32,000 nt of DNA from Xylella taiwanensis. GTDB taxonomy: Bacteria; Pseudomonadota; Gammaproteobacteria; Xanthomonadales; Xanthomonadaceae. This document shows positions 9,621-18,907 of the stretch, one piece after another (the stretch's first letter is position 1; every line of letters begins with the position of its first letter). The translations under genes and the position numbers were made by a program. The stretch is from positions 1,500,001 to 1,532,000 of the forward strand of contig NZ_CP053627.1 in the NCBI RefSeq assembly GCF_013177435.1, in the 5' to 3' direction. The notes beneath the pieces were generated by a model that did not search any database, was not told where the DNA came from, and saw nothing but the letters and a program-made list of their open reading frames with translations.

Positions 9621-11663
9621 TCAAGCTGGCAGTTTGAAGTTGGCTGCCGAGCGACGCAATTCAGCAGCCAACTCAGCCAAACGACCGATCGATTCAGCAG
9701 TCTTCCCGGCTCCTTGCGAGGTCTGAGCAGTGATTTGGCGAATTACACCCATCGTTTGAGTGATGTCTGTAGCAGCAGCAGCTTGTTGGTGCGCAGCAAT
9801 GGAAATGTTCTTAATGAGATTGTTAAGCGCGTTGGACACGTGTTCAATCTCAATCAATGCAGTACCGGCATCTTCAGCCAAACGCGCGCCAGATACCACT
9901 TCAGCAGTAGTCTGCTCCATCGAGTTAACGGCCTCGTTAGTGTCCACTTGAATTGTTCGTACCAAACTCTCGATGCGACGGGTTGCGCCTGAGGTGCGTT
10001 CAGCCAAACGCTGCACTTCATCGGCAACGATGGCGAAACCCCTCCCTGCTTCGCCAGCCGAAGCAGCCTGTACCGCGGCATTAAGCGCCAAAATATTGGT
10101 CTGCTCGGAAATATCATTGATTAGCTCCACGATTGAACCAATCTCCTGGGACGACTCGCCCAGACGCTTGATGCGCTTTGAGGTTTCCTGGATCTGATCG
10201 CGGATTTGGTCCATGCCTTGGATAGTCTCTCGTACCACACCAGCCCCCTCTGCAGCGATCACTACAGAACGCTGCGCTACTTCGGCCGATTCTGTGGAGT
10301 TGCGTGACACCTGTTCGATGCTGGCAGCAATCTCGCTAATTCTCTCTGAGACAGTAGTGATTTGATTGGCTTGGTGACCTGCGGCCTCGGCCAAGCGCAT
10401 CGCAGTGGACTGAGTCTCATTGGTCGATACCGCAACTTTAGCTGAAGTGGTATTGATCGTGGCCACCAATTGACGCAGTTCATCAACAGCGCAGTTGATC
10501 GCGTCGGCTATTGCCCCAGTCATTTCCTCGGTCACCGAAGCTTTCACGGTTAGATCACCTTCACCGATAGAAATAATTTCCTCCAGCAATCGCATAATTG
10601 CCTGCTGGTTACGGCTGTTAAATTCCACCTGAGCTTGGTAGCGTTGTTCTTGCTCGCGTGAGCGAGCAAGAACCGTACTCCAGACAAAGCCAATGATCGA
10701 CACCAGCGATAGCACCCCAAATATCAGGGTTAGCCAGAAATTAGGGAAAAGGCGCATATCGCGTATCGAGCCAAATCCAAAGGTCGAAAACGCATGAAAT
10801 AGTTTGTTACTGTCCTCCAATAACTTACCCGAGCCATTCACCAATGCATCGATAGAGGATTGTGCAACGAACAGCTGATGCGAGGTCGCCAGGATCGTAT
10901 CAACGTCCTTTTTCATCGTCATCCACAGCGACTGCGACTTTGCCAGCGCTGCCAGCGTAGCATCATTGCGCACGGGAGAGATGCCCAGTTCCTGGTTACC
11001 GTTGCGTAAACCGTCCAGCATCCGCGTGAACATCACAGAGTCCCGCGCCAGCGCATCACCGGCTGCGACTGCTCCAGACCCGGAAGCACGCATCTCTGCC
11101 ACACGCCTAGCCATAGTCCCAGCGACGACCACCTGCTGCAATGTGTTGTAGAACTGCGAGGGTGGGGCGCTACTGGCAGTCATCGCACGTACCACCTCGT
11201 TTAATTGCGCCTGAAGCTGAGGCACATTACCTACGAACCGATCAGCATTACTGGCTAAAACCAATGTTGCAGGTTCACTGGCAATCAACTGCTGTGCATT
11301 TTTACTCAGTGGTTCCCAAGTACTTTTGAGCTGAAGCAAAGCACCAGAAACCGAACTTTCATTACCATAGCGCGCCTCCAGCTCCCTGAGCGTTCCTTCA
11401 ATTTTGCTTTTGATTTCCTTAAAATGAGCAAATGCCTTTGAATCTCCAGCTACCGCTTCGCGCCCCTGACTCACCAACTGCTGTGACAATACCTGCAAAT
11501 TAGCCACATCAGCACTGGCTCCGGCCAGACGCCTCCCCTGCCAAGTCGCCACACCGATATTGGCGCTCAACACAATTATCGATAATAAGAGCAAACCCAT
11601 CCAAAAGCTGGTACTCACGCTGCCAAGCTTTTTACTATTGCGGACACTCGGGGAGCTACTCAT
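9621..11663 (-). CDS. pilJ: PilJ, methyl-accepting chemotaxis-type receptor of the Pil-Chp system
   Basis: The MCP hairpin-tip signature EQTNILALNAAVQAASAGEAGRGFAIVADEVQRLAERT is present. There are two hydrophobic segments (FWMGLLLLSIIVLSANIGV and FWLTLIFGVLSLVSIIGFVW) bracketing a roughly 300 aa periplasmic region. I prefer ATG at 11663, with GAGG 6 nt upstream, over the ORF-track TTG at 11675. Confidence 0.93.
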   Translation of the reverse strand: MSSSPSVRNSKKLGSVSTSFWMGLLLLSIIVLSANIGVATWQGRRLAGASADVANLQVLSQQLVSQGREAVAGDSKAFAHFKEIKSKIEGTLRELEARYGNESSVSGALLQLKSTWEPLSKNAQQLIASEPATLVLASNADRFVGNVPQLQAQLNEVVRAMTASSAPPSQFYNTLQQVVVAGTMARRVAEMRASGSGAVAAGDALARDSVMFTRMLDGLRNGNQELGISPVRNDATLAALAKSQSLWMTMKKDVDTILATSHQLFVAQSSIDALVNGSGKLLEDSNKLFHAFSTFGFGSIRDMRLFPNFWLTLIFGVLSLVSIIGFVWSTVLARSREQEQRYQAQVEFNSRNQQAIMRLLEEIISIGEGDLTVKASVTEEMTGAIADAINCAVDELRQLVATINTTSAKVAVSTNETQSTAMRLAEAAGHQANQITTVSERISEIAASIEQVSRNSTESAEVAQRSVVIAAEGAGVVRETIQGMDQIRDQIQETSKRIKRLGESSQEIGSIVELINDISEQTNILALNAAVQAASAGEAGRGFAIVADEVQRLAERTSGATRRIESLVRTIQVDTNEAVNSMEQTTAEVVSGARLAEDAGTALIEIEHVSNALNNLIKNISIAAHQQAAAATDITQTMGVIRQITAQTSQGAGKTAESIGRLAELAAELRRSAANFKLPA

Positions 11664-11702
11664 GTTCGACCTCAATCTAAATATGCAAGACGGGATAGCC
11701 GA

Positions 11703-12233
11703 TCAAGCGGCAGCCTGTCTAAATTCGGGTGTCCGCGACAGCAGAGAAAGCGAAAATACGCACCAGGACTGCCCGTCAACCAAAAATACACGTTCAATAA
11801 AATGAGCATAACGCCCTTGCGCAAGATCGCCGATCTTGACCGTCTTACTCAATGAAAAACTACGCTGTCCATAGAGATCATCGATAACCAGTGCTGCATT
11901 ATCCCTCCCTAAGCGCATGATTAAGACACGCTGGCCCTCCAGTAATACTGTACGTTGCCCCTCCAGAAACTGCTTGAGATCGATCACAGGCAACAGATTA
12001 CCTCGCAAATTACCTACGCCCAACAACCAGGACTGAGACCCCGGCACTAATGTCACCGGAGGCATTGGCACAACCTGAACCACCTCACTAAAGTCAGAGA
12101 CTAAGTGTCTGTTTCCAATGCGATAGCCAACACCGCGCCAAATATCGACCGAAAACTGCTTCTCAGGCAACTGCACGCTGTGTACGAGGCTACGCCGCTC
12201 GTAATCATCAAGAATATCGAAGGGAAAACGCAT
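11703..12233 (-). CDS. pilI: PilI, CheW-like coupling protein
   Basis: The 176 aa ORF has the CheW core motif LLGVGNLRGNLLPVIDLKQFL. ATG at 12233 lies 16 nt after the pilG stop, and the ORF ends 39 nt before the pilJ start. Confidence 0.85.
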   Translation of the reverse strand: MRFPFDILDDYERRSLVHSVQLPEKQFSVDIWRGVGYRIGNRHLVSDFSEVVQVVPMPPVTLVPGSQSWLLGVGNLRGNLLPVIDLKQFLEGQRTVLLEGQRVLIMRLGRDNAALVIDDLYGQRSFSLSKTVKIGDLAQGRYAHFIERVFLVDGQSWCVFSLSLLSRTPEFRQAAA

Positions 12234-12249
12234 CAGATGGATAATCAGG

Positions 12250-12666
12250 TTAAACAGCTAATTTCAAAGGGGTAACATATCTACGAATCGCACTTAACAA
12301 TTCCTCGCGTGTAAAAGGTTTGGTCAGATATTGTTCGGAACCGACCACACGGCCACGCGCCTTATCGAATAGGCCATCTTTAGAAGAAAGCATGATCACG
12401 GGCGTCGACTTAAACAAGGTATTGTTCTTGATCAACGCGCAGGTTTGATAACCATCCAGACGCGGCATCATAATATCGACAAAAATAATCTGCGACTTCT
12501 GGTCAGCAATTTTTGCTAAGGCTTCAAAGCCATCAGTAGCGGTAACCACCTCGCACCCCTCACGCTTGAGCAGTGTTTCGGCAGTACGCCTTATGGTTTT
12601 CGAGTCGTCGATGACCATCACCCTAAGACCTGCGAATTCCTTGCCACCAGCAACATTGTCAATCAT
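12250..12666 (-). CDS. pilG: PilG, CheY-like single-domain response regulator
   Basis: Receiver motifs are VMVIDDS, IIFVDIMMPRLDG (phospho-Asp), VIMLSSK and YLTKPF. I favour ATG at 12666 (MIDNVAGG...), with GGGGA 8 nt upstream, which parallels the Xanthomonas PilG N-terminus as I recall it. The ORF-track start at 12687 is a GTG extension, and ATG at 12681 is also possible. Confidence 0.9.
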   Translation of the reverse strand: MIDNVAGGKEFAGLRVMVIDDSKTIRRTAETLLKREGCEVVTATDGFEALAKIADQKSQIIFVDIMMPRLDGYQTCALIKNNTLFKSTPVIMLSSKDGLFDKARGRVVGSEQYLTKPFTREELLSAIRRYVTPLKLAV

Positions 12667-12687
12667 TGCCAATATCCCCATGCGCAC

Positions 12688-12935
12688 AGCGCTCTAATCT
12701 AAATACTGTGTACTGCACTGCAACCGCAAATGGTAACCCTGAATGAAAATGTGCCCGCAGTCAAGAAAAAGAACTGAAAACCGGCAAGCACTGGTCATTG
12801 CCATAGGTCATTGCCATAGAAAAAAAACGGCCCTAGCATCGCATGCATACACGGTACATGGCAAAACAGGCACACTATTGCTCTCCTAAACTCGCTAACA
12901 TCGGCATCTCCGTTTCAAATCCAGGTTGACCCGTA
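12688..12935. promoter_or_regulatory. divergent intergenic region expected to carry the pilG-operon and gshB promoters
   Basis: This is a 248 bp non-coding spacer between divergently oriented pilG and gshB. It contains a perfect 13 bp tandem duplication and an A8 tract. I could not identify convincing -35/-10 hexamers by eye. Confidence 0.4.
12793..12818. repeat. perfect tandem direct repeat, 2 x 13 bp (GGTCATTGCCATA)
   Basis: Read directly from the sequence: ...cactGGTCATTGCCATAGGTCATTGCCATAgaaaaaaaacgg... It is immediately followed by an 8-A homopolymer (12820-12827). Confidence 0.9.
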
Positions 12936-13880
12936 ATGCCGTTGGACGTCGTTGTTGTGATGGACCCCATCACCGGTATCAAAATCGCCAAAGACACCAC
13001 CTTCGCCATGCTGCTAGAAGCACAGCGCCGCGGCCATCGTCTTCACTACGTACATCCCGGAAGCCTGAGCTTGCACGAGGGCCGTACGTTTGCACAAACC
13101 TCACCGCTAAAAGTACATGACGACAAGACAGACTGGTACACCTTAGCCGAATTCAGCGAGACCGCACTCGGCCAAGGACAAATAATCCTGATGCGCAAAG
13201 ATCCTCCCGTCAATACTGAATTTATCTACGACACTCAGCTGCTCGGTATCGCCCAAGCTGCTGGCGCTCAAGTGATTAACCACCCACAGGGCCTACGCGA
13301 CTTCAATGAGAAACTAGCTGCACAGCTATTCCCACAATGCTGTCCACCAACCCTGATTACCCGTGATATGAAAGCACTTAAGAGGTTTGTCCAAAAGCAG
13401 GGGCAAGCGATTCTCAAGCCACTAGATGGCATGGGAGGGCATTCGATATTCCGTAGTCATGACGGCGACCCTAACCTCAACGTGATCCTAGAAACTTTGA
13501 CAGACGGTGGACGTAAGCTGGCCATAGCACAGCGCTACCTGCAACAAATTATCGACGGCGACAAGCGCATCCTACTGATCGACGGAGTACCTATAGACTA
13601 TTGTTTAGCCAGAATCCCACAGGGAGACGAATTCCGCGGCAACATGGCTGCTGGAGGCCGGGGCGAGAGCCGTCCCCTCAACGAACGCGACCGTTGGATT
13701 GCCGCTCAAGTCGGACCAGAGATGCGATACCGTGGCATGCGTTTTGTCGGAATCGACGTGATCGGTGACTACTTGACTGAGATAAACGTCACAAGCCCGA
13801 CCGGCTTACGTGAATTAGATGCACAGTGCGGCCTGAACATCGCTGGCCAATTGTTCGATGCAATCGAAGCTGGAGGCTGA
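12936..13880 (+). CDS. gshB: glutathione synthetase
   Basis: The 314 aa ORF has the prokaryotic GshB N-domain (MDPITGIKIAKDTTFAMLLEAQRRGH) and an ATP-grasp part (ILKPLDGMGGHSIFR, IAQRYL..I..GDKRILLIDG). Confidence 0.95.
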   Translation: MPLDVVVVMDPITGIKIAKDTTFAMLLEAQRRGHRLHYVHPGSLSLHEGRTFAQTSPLKVHDDKTDWYTLAEFSETALGQGQIILMRKDPPVNTEFIYDTQLLGIAQAAGAQVINHPQGLRDFNEKLAAQLFPQCCPPTLITRDMKALKRFVQKQGQAILKPLDGMGGHSIFRSHDGDPNLNVILETLTDGGRKLAIAQRYLQQIIDGDKRILLIDGVPIDYCLARIPQGDEFRGNMAAGGRGESRPLNERDRWIAAQVGPEMRYRGMRFVGIDVIGDYLTEINVTSPTGLRELDAQCGLNIAGQLFDAIEAGG

Positions 13881-13881
13881 T

Positions 13882-14757
13882 ATGGATGCGGTCAGCACAG
13901 CCCAAATTCGGGAACGCCAACGTCTGAACGCAACACTGGTGCTATCGATCCTCATACACCTTGTGTTGATCTTGGGAGTAGGCTTTGTGGTTACCGACAA
14001 AGCCCCCCTGGTACCAACCCTGGACGTCATCTTCAGCCAGACCAGTACCCCACTGACACCCAAGCAAGCCGATTTTCTGGCCCAAGCCAACCAGCAAGGC
14101 GGCGGTGACCAAGATAAAGCACAGCGCCCGCGCGACAGCCAACCCGGTGTGGTACCTCAAGAGCAGGTTGGACTCGCTCCACAGATACAACGCGCAACAC
14201 AGGCACGCACACCAGAACCAACGCAACCGCACGTGATTACCAGCCGTCATGGCGAGCGACCGCTTCCGGTACAGCAAACACGTCTGGAAGATCCACATCT
14301 GCAACCGAACCCAAGCGATGCAACACGTGAACAACGGAATGCAGAGATGGCACGCTTAGCTGCCGAAGTACACCTACGCTCAGAAGAGTATGCCAAGCGC
14401 CCTACCCGCAAATTTATCTCAGCCAGCACACGCGAATACGCTTATGCCAACTACCTGCGCGCATGGGTCGATCGTGCCGAGCGAATCGGCAACCTAAACT
14501 ATCCGGATGAGGCACGCCGACGTCGGCTCAGCGGCAGTGTAGTCATTACGGTTGGGATACGCCGCGACGGCAGTGTAGATAGCAGTAGAGTACTGATCTC
14601 CAGCGGCTCACCACTGCTAGACGCTACCGCGTTGCGTGTCGTCCAACTCGCACAGCCATTCCCACCACTTCCCAAGACTCAAGACAATGTTGACATCCTG
14701 CATGTGACCCGCACGTGGCTGTTCCTGCCCGCCGGCAGCTTGCACGACACTCACTGA
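13882..14757 (+). CDS. TonB-family energy transducer (TonB C-terminal domain protein)
   Basis: There is an N-terminal anchor (LVLSILIHLVLILGVGFVV) and a Pro/Gln-rich spacer. A TonB_C-like end is present (YPDEARRRRLSGSVVITVGIRRDGSV...SSGSPLLDATALRVV). ATG at 13882 sits 1 nt after the gshB stop, with GGAGG at 13872-13876 inside the gshB tail. The ORF-track start at 13858 overlaps gshB and lacks an SD. Confidence 0.85.
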   Translation: MDAVSTAQIRERQRLNATLVLSILIHLVLILGVGFVVTDKAPLVPTLDVIFSQTSTPLTPKQADFLAQANQQGGGDQDKAQRPRDSQPGVVPQEQVGLAPQIQRATQARTPEPTQPHVITSRHGERPLPVQQTRLEDPHLQPNPSDATREQRNAEMARLAAEVHLRSEEYAKRPTRKFISASTREYAYANYLRAWVDRAERIGNLNYPDEARRRRLSGSVVITVGIRRDGSVDSSRVLISSGSPLLDATALRVVQLAQPFPPLPKTQDNVDILHVTRTWLFLPAGSLHDTH

Positions 14758-14844
14758 CAGAACGCACTCGCACGCATACATTTCATAACGATGCCTGACC
14801 ATGCCATCTTTTGAACCTTTACAACCTCAACATGTGCCCATGAC

Positions 14845-14893
14845 ATGTCTGTAAATAACATTCTTGATACAGCGCTTCATTCATTACAGACAT
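14845..14893. repeat. 10 bp perfect inverted repeat (ATGTCTGTAA ... TTACAGACAT) with a 29 nt spacer
   Basis: Read directly: 14845-14854 is the exact reverse complement of 14884-14893. It lies about 90 nt downstream of the tonB-like stop, at the left edge of the AT-rich islet. Function is unknown. Confidence 0.6.
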
Positions 14894-15140
14894 TTCAGAG
14901 CCCCAAGCCCCATGTATCATTAATAAGTGACGACGTTGAACCAAGTGAAAAATCGAGTCTTACAGAGATTCCTTAAGAAGTTTTTATATCCAACATCGAT
15001 ACCACTCAAACAGATTCGATTCTTTTCAAGAAAGATTTATTTTTAATAGCCATTACTCATAAAAATAAAATGACATTGAATCAAATAGTTTAATTGGCAC
15101 ATAGGTCAAGACAACACTTTATTTAGAAAGCAGACTGATC

Positions 15141-15950
15141 GTGGATTTTATAATTTTATTGACAGACAAAACGATAACGATACTGGCTCCTGTATTTTTA
15201 TTTTTTAGTGCTGCCATCTACATCTACTGGAAATCAGATTCTCTCTACCCTATCAATATGCGGTTACTACGCTTCTTTATCAGTAAAAATGATATTGAAG
15301 ATCAAACTATCCGCAAACATGTATCGGATCAAGCCGCTTTAATTACTTTTCGTGTAGCTTTTGGCGTTAAAGCGCATACGTTAAGTGATGCGAAGAAAGT
15401 AGCAAACTTTGCGGAAAATAGAAATATATCATTGAATCTCATTGGAAAAGCAGATAAAGCATTTAACCTGCGCACGTGCAGCATCGACAAGAAAGAAGTA
15501 CCAAAGAGAATTTCATGTCATTTGTTGACAACATTTTCACTAATTCCAATCGTATTCATTGTTTTTTTTGCAGCATTAGCCACAACATTAGCCATAAGCA
15601 ATCATCTTATTGTCATAATCAAAGAAACTGGCACCTGGGTTTATTTATCTCATAATGAAGCTAAAACAGCAAATCCATTTCGAGAACAAGAAACTATAAA
15701 TATAGAAAATTGCAGCGCAAAAAAGATCGTGGCTGAAAAAAAATTCAACAAAAGAGATCATAAAATTCTTTGCGAAATATGGAAAAATCCATCCATGAAA
15801 GATATCATTTCAGAAAATATCGACGAGCAAAATAAAGCCTCCCTTATAATCATAATAGCATTACTTTTTGTCTCCACACCCCTAATAAACACAACAAGAA
15901 ATGGATGGGCCACAATCAAACTGCATGAATTGATAGGCAATGATAAATAA
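15141..15950 (+). CDS. hypothetical membrane protein (orphan, low-GC)
   Basis: This 269 aa ORF is the only long ORF in the islet. It has three hydrophobic segments (about aa 11-30 ITILAPVFLFFSAAIYIYW, 128-152 LLTTFSLIPIVFIVFFAALATTLAI, 234-247 LIIIIALLFVSTPL) and Lys/Asn/Ile-rich composition. The start is GTG at 15141 with a weak SD, and ATG at 15258 is an alternative that would remove the first hydrophobic segment. I do not recognise a family. Confidence 0.5.
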   Translation: MDFIILLTDKTITILAPVFLFFSAAIYIYWKSDSLYPINMRLLRFFISKNDIEDQTIRKHVSDQAALITFRVAFGVKAHTLSDAKKVANFAENRNISLNLIGKADKAFNLRTCSIDKKEVPKRISCHLLTTFSLIPIVFIVFFAALATTLAISNHLIVIIKETGTWVYLSHNEAKTANPFREQETINIENCSAKKIVAEKKFNKRDHKILCEIWKNPSMKDIISENIDEQNKASLIIIIALLFVSTPLINTTRNGWATIKLHELIGNDK

Positions 15951-16660
15951 AACCCCCTCAAGAACAATGATTCCCCATCAAAAAATAGGCATTATGACGC
16001 ACATGCCATAGCCTCATGAATATCGTCTATTCCGAAGAAATAAAACCAGCGCATGGACCATCGGTAATGGAATAAGTGCTGATAAGCATTTCGGTATCCT
16101 GCATCAGGTCATACCTCGATTAATCCCCAATGCCACGCTGACTATCCTACTTACCATTTACATTACTGCCCACTCAAGACTTAAATACACTTTTCCTTAA
16201 GTGCCGAATCAATAGCTTCACCTCCCTGTTCCACTGCCACTCATCCACGAAGGAATGAACACCTGCAGGATACCTCCCTATCACGGGGGCTCGAGAAAAC
16301 AGCTCAATCTGGTCATCAGCAATCATTATTCTTAGAAGTGATACCACCCCAAACTATCTTTGAGTAAAACAGGCGTAGTGATATACCCAGCCCTAAAGCA
16401 TGGGCAGTCAAAGCGTGCAATACAAAAATTCTATATGGTTTTCCAAAATGGCTGCGCGCAAATGTCCAACACCATGCTCAACACCGTTTGAATCGCACAA
16501 AGTTCATCTGATTAAAATCAACAAATGCCCTCGTAAACAGTGAATCACGGCAATTTCTAGAGCACCAAACAGACACAAGGTTTGATACACAAACATCGTT
16601 TATAAACCTAAGGTAAGGTATACACACGTGTGATCCCAGAGGAGAAAGCTGACATTGTCA

Positions 16661-18817
16661 TCAGCTGGACAAATGCTCAATTGCCGCGACACAGCCCAGG
16701 TGCTCACCTAATCGTTGCAGCAACGCTAACCGGTTAGCACGCAATTTCAGATCTGCATCGTTAACCATCACTTTGTCGAAAAACTCATCAATATGTGGCC
16801 GCAACCGTGCCAGGCACGTAAGGACACTGACATAGTTCTTGCAATCCAATGCACTGCGGGTATCGCTGATCACACCTTCCAACGCCACAACCAGCACCCT
16901 CTCGGCCGGTTCAAGGAGGAACACCGAATCGACTGAATCTGGGATCTTGATCTCCGCCTTACGCAGGATGTTACGGATACGTTTGTTGGCAACTGCCAGC
17001 GCCTCGGCCTCTGGCAGTGCCGCAAATCTGCCAATCGCATCAATGCGGCGATGGAAATCGTATAAAGATACCGGCTTGCGTTCAGCAACTGCATTAAAGT
17101 GCGTGGCCGGGATGCCCCTGTCAGCATAGTAACCGCGCAAACGTTCCACGATGAAATCGTAAAGTTCCTCGATCCTGACAGATTTCTCGTCACTGGCCTG
17201 GGGCACCGAATGCGTAACAGCCGCTTCCTTTTCTGATCCATGTGCATGACGCTCCTGCTCGATTGTCGTCGCAAACGCGGCCCAGTCCGACGCTTGATCC
17301 AGCAGCACTTTTAAATCCAGATCGAATCGACTCTCAATCATCGTCCTTGCCAATCCCAGCGCATTGCGACGCAACGCAAACGGATCCTTGTTACCCGTCG
17401 GCTTCAATCCCACGGCAAAACCACAGGCCAACGTATCGAGACGTTCAGCAAGTGCGAGCACCTTGCCCAGCGGCGAACGCGCAATGTCATCACCCGCAAA
17501 GCGAGGCCGATAGGCATCCTCGATCGCCATTGCGACCTCAGGCAATTCACCACTCACCAAGGCATAGTGATGACCCGCGATCCCCTGTAATTCCGGGAAC
17601 TCATTGACCATACGAGACTGCAAGTCATTTTTACTGAGCAATGCAGCACGTCTGGCAAGCATTGGATCCACCCCAACCTGTGGTGCAATCGCTTCAGCTA
17701 GTACCAGAACACGTGCAACCTTGTCAGCCAGGGTACCCAACTTAGCCTGATAAGTGACTGTCCTCAGTCCCTCCCCCATCGCCTTCAATCCCTGCTTGAG
17801 ATCCTCATCGAAGAAAAACTTGGCATCGGAAAAACGTGGGCGGATCACACGCTCATAGCCCTTTGCAACCTCAGCCACATCATTGGACTTGATATTGGCA
17901 ATCCCGATGAACTTCTCGGTCAATTTGCCCAAGCCATCAAGTACAGGAAAGAATCTCTGATTAACCTCCATTGTTTCGATCAACGCTTCCTGCGGCACTT
18001 CAAGAAACACTCGCTCGAAGCTACATAACACCGCCGACGGCCATTCCACCAAGTTCACCACCTGTTCCAGATTATCTGCAGTGATCCGCGCCACTCCACC
18101 AGCCTGACGCGCTGCGGCCTCAATCTCAGCAACAATGCGAGCACGGCGTGCAGCAGGATCCACCAACACATAAGCAGCCTGAAGAACATCAATATAATCC
18201 TGCGGATCACTCAGCCACACCGGCTTGCCGTGTAAGAAGCGATGACCACGACTGATACGGTCAGCCTTCACCCCCATGACCTCGGCCTCAACCACATCCT
18301 GCCCAAAAAGCACTACCAGCCAATGCACTGGACGTGCAAACAGATAATTATGGGCACCCCAGCGCATCGGCTTGGGAATCGGCATACTCACAATTGCTTC
18401 GGTCAATATCTCTGGCAACAACGTATGAGTACGCTCACCGGGCACCACAACACGATGTACGAAACGCTCACCCTTGGCATCGCGGATCCGCTCCAATGCT
18501 GTCCAATTCACACCACATTTGGCAGCAAAACCCTCCAGCGCCTTGGTCGGCTTACCTGCATCATCGAACGCCACGTTCAGGTAAGGACCAAACAATTCAC
18601 GGTACTGCTCTGGCTGTTCCGCTGCTACAGCCGTTAGTAACACGGCAAGCCGGCGTGGAGTGGACAGTGACTTAGCGTCACCATGATCGATCACAATGCC
18701 TCGCTTCTCCAAGCCAGTCAGCACACCCTCGAAGAATGCTTGGGACAACCCCGGCAACGCATTGATTGGCAGTTCCTCGGTACCCAGTTCGATCAGCAGT
18801 GGTTTTAGTTCAGTCAT
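16661..18817 (-). CDS. glyS: glycine--tRNA ligase beta subunit
   Basis: The conserved N-terminus [17 protein letters not shown] starts at ATG 18817. Full-length GlyS-like sequence follows (...[13 protein letters not shown]..., ...KDPFALRR...). The ORF-track start at 18868 is a GTG extension of 17 non-conserved residues. Confidence 0.95.
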   Translation of the reverse strand: MTELKPLLIELGTEELPINALPGLSQAFFEGVLTGLEKRGIVIDHGDAKSLSTPRRLAVLLTAVAAEQPEQYRELFGPYLNVAFDDAGKPTKALEGFAAKCGVNWTALERIRDAKGERFVHRVVVPGERTHTLLPEILTEAIVSMPIPKPMRWGAHNYLFARPVHWLVVLFGQDVVEAEVMGVKADRISRGHRFLHGKPVWLSDPQDYIDVLQAAYVLVDPAARRARIVAEIEAAARQAGGVARITADNLEQVVNLVEWPSAVLCSFERVFLEVPQEALIETMEVNQRFFPVLDGLGKLTEKFIGIANIKSNDVAEVAKGYERVIRPRFSDAKFFFDEDLKQGLKAMGEGLRTVTYQAKLGTLADKVARVLVLAEAIAPQVGVDPMLARRAALLSKNDLQSRMVNEFPELQGIAGHHYALVSGELPEVAMAIEDAYRPRFAGDDIARSPLGKVLALAERLDTLACGFAVGLKPTGNKDPFALRRNALGLARTMIESRFDLDLKVLLDQASDWAAFATTIEQERHAHGSEKEAAVTHSVPQASDEKSVRIEELYDFIVERLRGYYADRGIPATHFNAVAERKPVSLYDFHRRIDAIGRFAALPEAEALAVANKRIRNILRKAEIKIPDSVDSVFLLEPAERVLVVALEGVISDTRSALDCKNYVSVLTCLARLRPHIDEFFDKVMVNDADLKLRANRLALLQRLGEHLGCVAAIEHLSS

Positions 18818-18907
18818 GGCAATAGGACCTTGATCTTCATTTCTCCCGCCAATGGCAACAAGCGGCACACCACACTTATCAAAACGGAAAACGGATAAAG
18901 GAGGCAG

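Larger units (their letters stand above)
14800..16650. other. AT-rich compositional islet (probable horizontally acquired or decayed DNA)
   Basis: There is a visible shift to A/T-rich sequence (long A/T runs, roughly one-third G+C by eye) relative to the flanking tonB-like and glyS genes. Only one ORF of 60 aa or more lies in about 1.9 kb. Boundaries are approximate. Confidence 0.55.

Noticed and set aside
9393-9992. 199 aa plus-strand ORF spanning the chpA start, the spacer and the pilJ 3' end
   Set aside because: It is antisense to two well-supported genes and crosses their intergenic spacer. The sequence has no recognisable features.
12868-12881. Sigma-54-like element aGGCACactatTGCt, 55 nt upstream of gshB
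   Set aside because: The GG-to-GC spacing is 9 nt, not the strictly required 10 nt of the TGGCAC-N5-TTGC consensus, and gshB is not a known RpoN target. It would be worth re-examining only if a transcription start site maps about 12 nt downstream.
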